From Candidatus Latescibacterota bacterium (GTDB lineage: Bacteria > Latescibacterota > UBA2968 > UBA8231): a stretch of 64,000 nucleotides of DNA. The notes below the pieces were generated by a model. It had not been told where the DNA came from. It saw only the letters and a list, made by a program, of their open reading frames with translations, and did not search any database. Made by a program: the position numbers and the translations under genes. Shown piece after piece: positions 9,235 to 18,868 of the stretch; within the stretch, counting starts at the first letter, position 1; each line of letters begins with the position of its first letter. The stretch lies in contig CBDFJF010000002.1 of the NCBI GenBank assembly GCA_965248265.1, forward strand, positions 224,001 through 288,000, in the 5' to 3' direction.

Positions 9235-9460
9235 GAGTCCCGCCGGCTTATTGAAAAGCGCAACTCTCTGATTTCGGGGGTTGCGCTTCTTTTTGTTCTG
9301 AGTCGCGTGGGCCGGCACAGACACAGAACCCGCTACGGTACCGATGATTTACGAGCCTGCTTGCAGACACCCTATAGCCAAGAACGAGCAAAAATCATCG
9401 AAAAGAGGTTTCACAAGACTTATACTGAGTAGAATGAATCTCACTCAGGAGACTTTGTTG
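9235..9460 (+). repeat. Duplicated fibre-gene leader, copy 2
   Basis: GAGTCCCGCCGGCT, then the same hairpin, TATACT, inverted repeat and RBS as 3368-3605. Confidence 0.8.
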
Positions 9461-12400
9461 ATGAAACGCCTATTACTACTCGCGTCACTGTGGCTCGCTG
9501 CCCTTCCGACCGTACAGGCACAGGGGACGGTACCCAAGACGATCGCCTACATGGGGTTCCTGACGGACTCGTCAGGGGAGGTTGTCGGTGATGGTGACCA
9601 CGCGATCACCTTTCGCCTCTATGAGCAGGCAGTTGGGGGTGTCGCGGTATGGGAGACGACCCGCACGCTGACGACGAGCAGCGGGCAATTCAGCGTGGTG
9701 CTGGGCGAGATCGCGTCCCTGGAAGCGGTGCCGTTTGACCGACCCTATCTCCTTGGCATCTCGATTGGAGGTGGTGATGAACTGGCCCCGCGCATTGCCC
9801 TGGTGGCCGCGCCCTACAGCCTGCATGCCAAGTCCGTCGAAGATGGCTCTGTGCTGGCGGTGGATGTGGCCGATGGTCAGGTAGTGAAGAGCCTCAACGG
9901 CGCGCAGGACGAAGTCACCCTGGTAGAGGGTGCCAACATCACGATTGAGCAGGCCGGTCAGAATATCACCATCTCCGCCAGTGGGGGGAGTGAGGTTGGC
10001 GTGGGTGATCTGGCGGATAATTCGGTGACTGGCGCCAAGATCGTCGACGCCTCCATTACGGCCAGTGATCTAGCGAATGATGCTGTTACCGCAGCCAAGA
10101 TTGCATCCGGAGCGGCTGTGACGAGCGTGAATGCAGCAACCGATGGTGTCACCATTGAAGGTGGCGGCGACGTGACTGTGGCCACCGTGGGTAACACAGT
10201 GACGATCTCGGCTACGGGTGGGGATCTGGCGGATGATGCGGTGACCTCGGCGAAGATCGCTGATGGTACGGTCGCGACAGTAGATCTGGCCGACGACGCG
10301 GTGACCGCTACGCAGATTGCCGCTGACGCTGTAGCTACTGCCGAAATCCAGGATGCAGCAGTGACGGGTGCCAAGCTGGCGACGGGCAGTGCGGTGTTGA
10401 GCCTCAACGATGCCACCGACGCTGTAAACCTGGTACCGGGAGCCAACGTCACCATCGATCGCGCTGGTCCTAACATTACCATCGGCACCACAGGGGGTAA
10501 TGAGGTAGGCACCGGCGACATAGCGGACAATTCAATAACGAGCGCTAAGATCCTGGACAGTGCCGTTTCCGAGGCCGACCTGGCCACCGATGCGGTAACA
10601 AGTGCCAAGATCGTCGATGGCACGATCGTGGCTGCAGACCTAGCCGCTGGCGCTGTGACGACGACACAGATCGCTGACGCCACGATCACGGCGACCGATC
10701 TGGCGACTGATTCGGTGGACGCCGACGAAATCGCGGTTGATGCTGTAGGCAGCGCGGAGCTGGGTGCTAACGCCGTCACTTCGGCAGAGATTGGTGATGG
10801 CACCATACTGGCTGCCGACATAGCCGTCGGTCAGGTAGTCACCAGCGTCAACAACCTGGAAGACGCCATTACCCTGGCGGCAGGATCCAATATCAACATC
10901 ACCCCGGCCGGTAACACGCTACCATCGACGCCACAGCTGGGGGTGATATTACGGGGGTAACGGCGGGCACGGGCCTTGCCAATGGCGGCACCACCGGTGA
11001 TGTAACCCTCGATATCGCTGCGGGCGGAGTTGGCTCCACGGAGCTGGCCGCGGGTGCGGTCACGACGGCCAAGATCGCCGCTAATGCGGTCACCTCGGCC
11101 GAGATTGCCAATGCTACCATCGCGGCCGGTGATGTGGCCGCAGGGGCCGTGGTCTTGACGGTGAACAGCCTCACCGATGCCGTGACCCTGGATGCTGGTA
11201 CCAACATGGCCATCGCACCTTCGGGCAACACCCTGACCTTTAATGCCACCGACACAGATACGGACACTCAGAACACCCTCGACCAGGCCTACGACGAAGG
11301 TGGAGCGGGAGTTGGCCGTACCATCACGGCTGACAATGGAGCCGTCGATATCGCGGGAGCTGGGGGACTGACCGTGAATGGTAGTGTCGGCATCGGCACG
11401 ACGAGCCCATCTCATCCATTGCATGTGGTGGGAGGTGACGCATACATACCCTATCCGGGTGCCGGTTCGACGGATGGATTCAGGCTGGCACTCGGAAACT
11501 ACGATGGATACATCTGGCGGAATCAGACAGGGGTATTCACAAACGCCATGGTTCTGTCTACCAACTATGCCTTGACTGATGGTGGAGTCGACACAGTACC
11601 GAACGTTGGAGCCGCGACGACGGCTATCTCGCTGGACGATGGGGCGATCAATTTCATGACAGGCGCCATCAATACAGCGCCTTCGACGAGAATGACAGTT
11701 GAAATCGACGGTGATATCGGCATCGGCACGGTGACACCGGCAGCCAACTTAGAGGTAAACGGGGATGTCAGTAGCAATGAGATAGGTACTTTGGTCGCCG
11801 GATCTGCCTCCACGGGCTTCGGGACGGATTACCCATTTCTGGCACTGATAAACGATAACACAACGGCCAACAACTATGCTAGAATCGATTGGCGGGATGC
11901 AGACAATGTAGTCAGCGTCGCAAGTGTCGCCGGCGTGTTCACAGACCACACGAACGACTACGGTGATCTGGCTTTCATAACCCGGAGTGCCGGCGGCTTT
12001 TCCGAGAAGATGCGGATCCTCGGCAACGGCAACGTCGGCATCGGCACGACACCGCCAGGCACTCTCCTGCATCTCGACAAAGGTGGCCACGGGGAGGCAA
12101 TACGCTTAACCAACAGCGGCTTCGGGGACAACAGTATCAGCACCTTCGGAGATGGTTCGGGCCCCGGCCTCTTCCTCGGCGCCAATGCCTATCTCGATGC
12201 TGCCACTGCCGTGCAGCGGCACAACGCGGGCCAGCCGGCCTGGGACCTATCGTTGAACGCAAGCGGTGGCGATAGATTCGCCGTCAGCCGAACCAATGCT
12301 GGCGGCACTCGAACTGAGCATCTGCATATCAATAGCAGTGGCAACGTCGGCATCGGTACGTCAACTCCAGGCGCGCTCCTTCACCTGTCCAAGGGGCACG

Positions 12401-13461
12401 GGGAGGCAATACGTATGACCAACAGCGGCTTCGGAGACAACGCCATCAGTAACTTCGGTGACGGTTCGGGTGTCGGGATGTTCCTCGGCGCCAATGTCTA
12501 TCTGGATGCTGGGACGGCCAGACAGAGATACAACGCCGGTCAGGCAGGATGGGATGTCACGCTAAATGCCAGTGGCGATTATTTCCGCATCAGCCGGACA
12601 GATGCTGGTGGAACTACGACAGATCATTTCCGTATCGATAACGCTGGCCAATTCGGAATCGGCACAAACACCCCATCTCATCAATTACATGTAGTAGGAG
12701 GTGACGTATACCTCCCCTATCCGGGTGCCGGTTCGACGGATGGCTTCAGAATGAATCTGGGAAACTTCGATGGTTACATCTGGAGAAACCAAACCGGCGC
12801 GTATTCGAACAGGCTGGTCATATCAACCAACTATGAACTCAACGACGCGGGAGCCGACCTGATACCTAACGCGGGAGCATCGACGTCGGCAATTGCGCTA
12901 TCAGGCATAATCGAGTTTCAGACAGGTGCTATCAATACGGCGCCCTCAACCAGGATGACGATTGCCACTAGCGGGGAAATCGGCGTCGGCCGGGCACCAA
13001 CAGCCAATGCCTTCGAAGTCGAGGGCGCTGCCTCTAAAACAGCAGCCGGTGACTGGCTCGCCAACTCCGACCGCCGGTTGAAAACCGATGTCCAGGAAAT
13101 TGATAACGCCCTGGCCACGGTTCGCAAACTCCGACCGGTTAAATTTCGCTACAGCGAAGAGTTTCAGGAAGGTCACCCTTCCGTCGGCAACCGCGTTTAC
13201 TACAACTTCATAGCCCAGGAGTATCAGGAGATCTTTCCCGAAAGCGTCCAGGATGACGGCACTGGATATCTCCAGGTAGAAACGTATAGCGTTCGGCCTC
13301 ATCTGGTAGGCGCTGTGCAAGAACTCGATGCGCAGATACAGTCCATGACTCTGGAGAACGAGGCTCTAAAGAGGCAGAATGATGAGCTGAAGGCACAAAT
13401 GGCCTCTCTATCATCGACCATACAACGTCTCGAGAGAATGGTCAGTACAACCAACCGATAG
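9461..13461 (+). pseudogene. Secreted tail-fibre-like mosaic protein 3 (S74 chaperone), split by a 1-nt deletion near 10920
   Basis: ORFs 9461..10960 and ..13461 together align to paralog 2. ACGCTACC here versus ACGCTTACC at about 4887-4895; NSDRRLKTDV S74 motif. May be a sequencing error. Confidence 0.85.
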
Positions 13462-13502
13462 ACAACCGGCGTACCGATCGGGGCCAGGCCACAAACCGAG
13501 CT

Positions 13503-14591
13503 TCAGGCAAGCGGCCGTGGGTACGAGGTTAGCTTTACCAGCCCCTGACCGGTGAAGTGGTAGTTTTCCTCTATCCGGATTCCCGCTTTCATCTCTTCAG
13601 AATACAACCCCGGCTCCATGGTGAAAACATCCCCTACCTCGAAAGTGGCCTCGTAGTTGGGATTGAGCTCGGGTGGCTCGTGCGGTAACAGGCCTATGCC
13701 GTGGCCCAGGTGGTGCGTCATGCCCTCGTAACCGGCCTGTTTGAAGATCTCGTCGGCGATCCGGTATACGTCGCTCGCCTTGACCCCCGGTTTTACCGCA
13801 TTTTCCAGCTCTGGGAAGACACCGTCGATGGTCTCCCACGCCTTCAGTTGAACCTGCGTCGGTTTTCCGTCGACGGCGAAGCTGCGGCAATTGTCGGCAT
13901 GATAACCGTGCAGGCTGGGACCTGAATCCAGGATGTAGAGCTCACCGGCTTGCATTGCCCGCCGGCGTGCTTTCCCTCCCCAGTCGTTGGCCCGGAAGTC
14001 GTTGCCGAAATGCTCCAGATCCTCCCCCGCTTTCACGGTGGCCTCGCGACGGATATGGGCCAACACCTCGACCTCATCCGCGCCCGGATCTATCGCGTCT
14101 CTCGCAGCATCGTACATCGTTTCGGTAATGCCGATGGCGCCGCGAATCGATTCGACTTCGTCTGCGTGTTTGCTCTTGCGCAGCCGCAAAATGAACGGCG
14201 TTATGTCGCGGGCATCGCTTCCGGCCAGGGCACAGATGCAGCCGATTCCACCTCCCACATCCGCACCCAACGATCCGATGCCGGCGATGCTAGGGGCCAG
14301 CTTTTCCGCCACCGTTTCGTACTGTCGATTGTGCATCGTGGCCAGGTACGCAGTCTCGTACGGGATGACCTTGTCGGCGGCCACCTCCGCGTCCTCAATG
14401 GCAGCGACGAGGGTGGCTTCACCGCTGGCGCCAATGAAAGCTGCGGCGGCGTGATGCCGGTCGTGCAGCCAACCAGTGAAATAATAGACGTATTCGCGAC
14501 GTGAAATGATGGCGCCATCCAGCTCGTTCTCCCTCAAGGTCTCGAGCAGACGCTGCTGTCGGGCGCGACATCCCTCCACGGTCAATTTCAT
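13503..14591 (-). CDS. Xaa-Pro aminopeptidase (M24) family
   Basis: HHLGHGIGLLPHE, TMEPGLY, GIRIEE. Confidence 0.9.
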   Translation of the reverse strand: MKLTVEGCRARQQRLLETLRENELDGAIISRREYVYYFTGWLHDRHHAAAAFIGASGEATLVAAIEDAEVAADKVIPYETAYLATMHNRQYETVAEKLAPSIAGIGSLGADVGGGIGCICALAGSDARDITPFILRLRKSKHADEVESIRGAIGITETMYDAARDAIDPGADEVEVLAHIRREATVKAGEDLEHFGNDFRANDWGGKARRRAMQAGELYILDSGPSLHGYHADNCRSFAVDGKPTQVQLKAWETIDGVFPELENAVKPGVKASDVYRIADEIFKQAGYEGMTHHLGHGIGLLPHEPPELNPNYEATFEVGDVFTMEPGLYSEEMKAGIRIEENYHFTGQGLVKLTSYPRPLA

Positions 14592-14716
14592 TCTTCTTCC
14601 CTTTCGTTGTTTGAGCTACTGGCGACGGTATGCGGCCGCCATCCCCGATCGCAACAGAGCCGCCAGGCAAACATCGTTGGACAGGACGTTCTCGACCAGA
14701 GTGACGCCCTCAGTCT

Positions 14717-15898
14717 TCAAAGAGGTGACGACATCGGTTTGCGGCTCATCCGCCATTCGATGGCCAACACGAGGATCAGGCCGACGAAGAAGGCTGGTAT
14801 GATGTAAAACCCGGCTCTCAGGTCCACCCGATCTCCGATGATCCCCATCATCCAGGGTGTGAGGCCGAAACCGGCCACACCGACGACGGCGAGCATGACC
14901 ATGAGTATGGTGACATTCGCATTCAGCCTGTCGGCCGCCGCGGCGAGAATGGTCGGCCAGAAGCAGGCCGTGGCGATTCCCGCAAGCACCAGCAACGAGT
15001 AGAAGCCGGTCAGGCTGGTGGCCAACGGGACCAACCCGGTCACTACTACTCCGAGCACGGCCGAGCTCATCATCAGTGCGTTCAGACTCATGGCCTGTGA
15101 CAGCCTGGCGGCAAGCAGGCGGCCGGCGGCCATGGCGCCGGCGAAGATGACGACCGCGATGGCGCCCGCCCGCGGCACCTCATCGAGATAGGTGGCCACA
15201 TAGCTCCGGCTCCAGAACATGAACGCTGATTCGACACCGCCACCCAGAAATATGGCAGCGGCAAACAGCCAGAAGCCCCGTAGCGCGACGACATGGCCGA
15301 TCAGATTCCAGGGAGTGCTGTTCTGCTGCGCCGCGGGGGGAAATCGCGAGGCGTTGAAGAACAGCCCCATGGCGAGAGTGAGGGCAGCGGCGATGCGGAA
15401 TATGAACCGCCACGAGTACCCGAGGGTCAGGAGCTCGCCGAACAGCAGCGCCGACACCATGACGCCGATGGAAAAGAAGGCATTGGTGATGTTCAGGTAC
15501 TTCCCCGAGTCCTTCGGATGGAGATCCGCGACCAGTGGATTGATTATCGCTTCCGTCAACCCTCCGCCCATGCCCATGACCATCAGCGAGACGATCAACA
15601 TCGGGTAATTGTCCGAGTAGCTCGCCATCAACGCCCCGGCAGCGATCAGGTATTGCCCCGAGACCACCATTGGCTTCTTGCCCCAACGGTGCACCAGGAT
15701 GCCCGCCAGCATTAGCATGGCGAGGATGAGGACGCTCCTCACGGTCTCCGCGCCACCCCCTTCCGAGAGAGAGGTATTGAGGGTTTTTGAGATCTCGGGA
15801 AGACAAATGGGTGTGACCACATTGCTGGCGGCGAATACCATGAATGCGCCCCAGGAGGCCACGTCGAGTCTGGTCAGTCGGTTGTTTGGCGAGATCAC
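14717..15898 (-). CDS. MFS transporter
   Basis: About 12 hydrophobic segments; GILVHRWGKK loop motif. Confidence 0.9.
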   Translation of the reverse strand: MISPNNRLTRLDVASWGAFMVFAASNVVTPICLPEISKTLNTSLSEGGGAETVRSVLILAMLMLAGILVHRWGKKPMVVSGQYLIAAGALMASYSDNYPMLIVSLMVMGMGGGLTEAIINPLVADLHPKDSGKYLNITNAFFSIGVMVSALLFGELLTLGYSWRFIFRIAAALTLAMGLFFNASRFPPAAQQNSTPWNLIGHVVALRGFWLFAAAIFLGGGVESAFMFWSRSYVATYLDEVPRAGAIAVVIFAGAMAAGRLLAARLSQAMSLNALMMSSAVLGVVVTGLVPLATSLTGFYSLLVLAGIATACFWPTILAAAADRLNANVTILMVMLAVVGVAGFGLTPWMMGIIGDRVDLRAGFYIIPAFFVGLILVLAIEWRMSRKPMSSPL

Positions 15899-16030
15899 TG
15901 GTCCTCACGGGCACACAGAATCCAGTTTGGTGGCTATCACTACCTTGTTCATTTTCTGCGTCGGAGTATAACCTAAGACCATACGCTGTGAGTTGATGAG
16001 TCGTTCACCCAACCTTCAGGAGGCAAGCCC

Positions 16031-16876
16031 ATGGCTCTACCCCTGCGCAATCTCGGATCCACAGGAGAGAAGGTCACCGCTCTCGGATTGGGAGGCGTCC
16101 GCTGGAGTGGCAGCGAGACTGATGCGGAAGCGATCGAGGTGGTGCATCGCGCCATCGATCTGGGCATCACCTATTTCGACACCGCCAGCAGCTACGGGGA
16201 GAGCGAACGCCGTCTCGGTCTGGCGCTGAACGAGCGCGACCGAAACCAACTCTTCCTGGCCACCAAGTGCATCGAGCGTTCAGGAGATGAGGTGAAGCGG
16301 GAGATCGCTCAAAGTTTCGAGCGCCTCGGTGTGGACGTCATCGACCTCATCCAGCTGCACGAACTCGACAGGGAGCAAACCCTGGACAGGGTTCTGGGGG
16401 CTGATGGGGCCCTGCGCGTGATCGAGGAATACCGCGAGTCCGGCAAGATTCGCTTCGTCGGCCTCACCGGACACACGCACCCGGCGCAGTTCCCCCTCCA
16501 TATCGCCGCGCACGGATTCGACACGGTTCTCAACCCGTTGGGAGTGGTAAACCGGGTCTGGAACGACTTCTCTGAGACGATTCCGGCAGCGCGGGAGCGC
16601 GGAACGGGCATCATCGCCATGAAGGTCATGGCCTACGACCAGGGTCCAACACAGCGCCGGGCGCAGTTCGTCCACTACAGCATGGGCCTGGACATCGACG
16701 TCGCTGTCATTGGAATGGACACAGTGGCGCAAGTGGAGGAGAACGTCCGTATCGCTGAGAGCTTTCGACCTCTGTCCGCGCAGGAAGAGCAAGAGGTCGT
16801 CGACATTGGATTGGAGATGGCGGCTGCGGGCAACAAGGCCTTGTTCTGGCTGCCGGAACAGCGCCGGGCCTCGTGA
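16031..16876 (+). CDS. Aldo/keto reductase
   Basis: GITYFDTASSYG, LATK, IDLIQLH. Confidence 0.9.
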   Translation: MALPLRNLGSTGEKVTALGLGGVRWSGSETDAEAIEVVHRAIDLGITYFDTASSYGESERRLGLALNERDRNQLFLATKCIERSGDEVKREIAQSFERLGVDVIDLIQLHELDREQTLDRVLGADGALRVIEEYRESGKIRFVGLTGHTHPAQFPLHIAAHGFDTVLNPLGVVNRVWNDFSETIPAARERGTGIIAMKVMAYDQGPTQRRAQFVHYSMGLDIDVAVIGMDTVAQVEENVRIAESFRPLSAQEEQEVVDIGLEMAAAGNKALFWLPEQRRAS

Positions 16877-17865
16877 CTATGGAACGGTTGTCATTCGCAG
16901 TCGTCGGCTACGGCGGCATCGCCGAGTTCCACGCCGAGGCCCTCAAGCAGATCGAGGGTGTCGAGTTGCGCACGCTGATGGGGCGACGAGCCGAGCCGGC
17001 CAAGGCCTTCGCTGATCGTCACGGCTTTGGTCGAACGACTACATCTCTCGAAGAGGCACTTGCCGACGACGATCTCGACGCCGTCGTGCTCACGTCCCCC
17101 AGCGAGTTGCACGTGGAGCAGGCGTTGACCTGTCTGGAGGCCGGCAAGCACGTCCTGGTGGAGATTCCGCTGGCGGTTTCACTGGCCGGGGCGCAGCGGG
17201 TGGCCGAGCGTGCGCGGCAGGTGGGCCGGCAAGTCATGGTCGCCCACACCCGACGCTTCGATGAGATCGGACAATTCGTCAAGCAGTTCATCGAATCTGG
17301 TGAAACGGGACACGTTTACCAGCATCAGTCGTACAGTTTCTGGTTCCGTCATCAGAACGTGGGCTGGACCGGTTACCAGCGCAGCTGGGTGGACGACGTC
17401 GTCTTCCACCACGGCTGTCACCTCGTCGACTTCTCGCTGTGGACGATCGGTTCTCCCGTGCGCCGCGCTCGCGGCGAAATCGCCCCCAAGCATGCTGTCA
17501 ACGACACTTCGATGGATGTGAGCCTGCTGATCCGCTACGAGAACGAGACGATGGCGACGATCAGTCTGTCTTACAACGCAGTCCAGAGCGCCACTGGCAA
17601 TCGCTACCTGTGCGAGAAGGGTGTGCTGGAGATCGAAGGGAAGCGGGTGAGTTTTGCCGGCGACACGGTGTTCGAGACGTCGAAGAAACCCGAGTCGGGT
17701 GTTCTTGTGCAGAACCAGGAATTCATCACAGCGATCCGCGAGCGCCGCACCCCTTCGTGCGACGCCGAAGAAGGTGTTCGCGCCCTGGCGCCTCTACAGG
17801 CTGCCTACGACCAGATGCTGGAGATGGAGGGCGCCCAGAAGTATCGGCGGCCGTGGGACGACTGA
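16873..17865 (+). CDS. Gfo/Idh/MocA oxidoreductase
   Basis: VVGYGGIA Rossmann motif, GKHVLVEIP. Confidence 0.9.
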   Translation: MTMERLSFAVVGYGGIAEFHAEALKQIEGVELRTLMGRRAEPAKAFADRHGFGRTTTSLEEALADDDLDAVVLTSPSELHVEQALTCLEAGKHVLVEIPLAVSLAGAQRVAERARQVGRQVMVAHTRRFDEIGQFVKQFIESGETGHVYQHQSYSFWFRHQNVGWTGYQRSWVDDVVFHHGCHLVDFSLWTIGSPVRRARGEIAPKHAVNDTSMDVSLLIRYENETMATISLSYNAVQSATGNRYLCEKGVLEIEGKRVSFAGDTVFETSKKPESGVLVQNQEFITAIRERRTPSCDAEEGVRALAPLQAAYDQMLEMEGAQKYRRPWDD

Positions 17866-17886
17866 GGACACGGGTGAAACTTTACT

Positions 17887-18315
17887 TCAGGCTGTTGCTG
17901 CTTTGGCTGAGCGTCGGCCCCGAGGGTGATCCTCGCGCCACTGCACGATCGACAGTACGTCAGCTTCTGAGAGGATTATCGGGTGAGTCGGGCTCTCCTG
18001 TTGGCCGACGTCGAGTCCGCTGCTCCGCATCGCCTGGATGGTCTTTTGCACGGACCTCTCGCCAACGCCGATCTCCGCTGCCAGGGTAGACACCGTCTTG
18101 ACGTCGCCCATGACCACCACAAGCGAAGGGTCGCTTTCGATCTGTTCGAGCCGAACGTGGTGACTCGCACTGTCGATCTCGATACCGACAATTCTGCCGT
18201 CTTCATCGTACCGCAGCAGGAAACCGGGGGCGACCTCCTCATTGTCGACACTCGGGAAATCGTCGACGAAATCGATATCGAGCTTGTCGACTTCCGGAAA
18301 GTATTTGATTCGCAT
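17887..18315 (-). CDS. DUF2283 family protein with C-terminal HTH-like extension
   Basis: MRIKYFPEVDKLDIDF...LRYDEDGRIVGIEI; TVSTLAAEIGVGERSVQKTI helix-turn-helix. Confidence 0.75.
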   Translation of the reverse strand: MRIKYFPEVDKLDIDFVDDFPSVDNEEVAPGFLLRYDEDGRIVGIEIDSASHHVRLEQIESDPSLVVVMGDVKTVSTLAAEIGVGERSVQKTIQAMRSSGLDVGQQESPTHPIILSEADVLSIVQWREDHPRGRRSAKAATA

Positions 18316-18325
18316 CGGTGCCTTC

Positions 18326-18355
18326 CTACGGCCTGAAGTACCTGTGAGTCTTCAT
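18326..18355 (-). pseudogene. Nine-codon remnant MKTHRYFRP, possibly an internally deleted toxin gene
   Basis: ATG..TAG mini-ORF 10 nt upstream of DUF2283; resembles the fused termini of the usual partner gene (from recollection). Confidence 0.35.
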
Positions 18356-18868
18356 CTATAAGATACGCATATGCGAACTTAAAACAAGCGGGCCGGTAAG
18401 GGGAGATCTGCCTTGTGGCAAGAAGGGTGCCAAGGCTGTCTCGGGAGGCATGGCAGGGACGCGCAGCCATATCATGTGAAGGAATGGTGACGCGGTTGGG
18501 GATGAATCCACACAGAAAAACGAAACGAAGTCCATGAGGCGACGCCTTCCGGTTAACTCAACTCTCGGGAAGGTAGCCCTCTTGAAAATCGATCCCCGCC
18601 TGTGCGTCTCTCAGCCACTAGGCGAGCCGGTTCAGTCAGGAGTCACAGGGAATAAGCAGTCCCTTACACGAGATAAGCATCTTCTTGCGAGTCTTCGCCG
18701 AATAAGACATACTCAGCCAGATCGAAATTGACGACCTGTTGGCCGCAACCGAACCTTGAGTCACACTCGCCTGACATCTTCTGGGAACCTGCTGATGGAT
18801 GGCCCTTGGCCTCTCACCATGGAGCCTGATCATATGTATGACACCAAGATATCCGACAGCTGGCAGCC

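Noticed and set aside
157-12675. CRISPR array or DGR interpretation of the recurring GGCAACGTCGGCATCGG
   Set aside because: The repeats are in-frame coding with 200-330 nt spacing; no cas or reverse transcriptase gene and no adenine-specific TR/VR pair was seen.
1-13461. Prophage call based on tail-fibre/S74 domains
   Set aside because: The proteins with visible 5' ends have Sec signal peptides, and no structural, packaging, lysis or integrase genes are in the window.
18360-18860. Short ORFs in the intergenic region
   Set aside because: No recognisable motifs or consistent frame.
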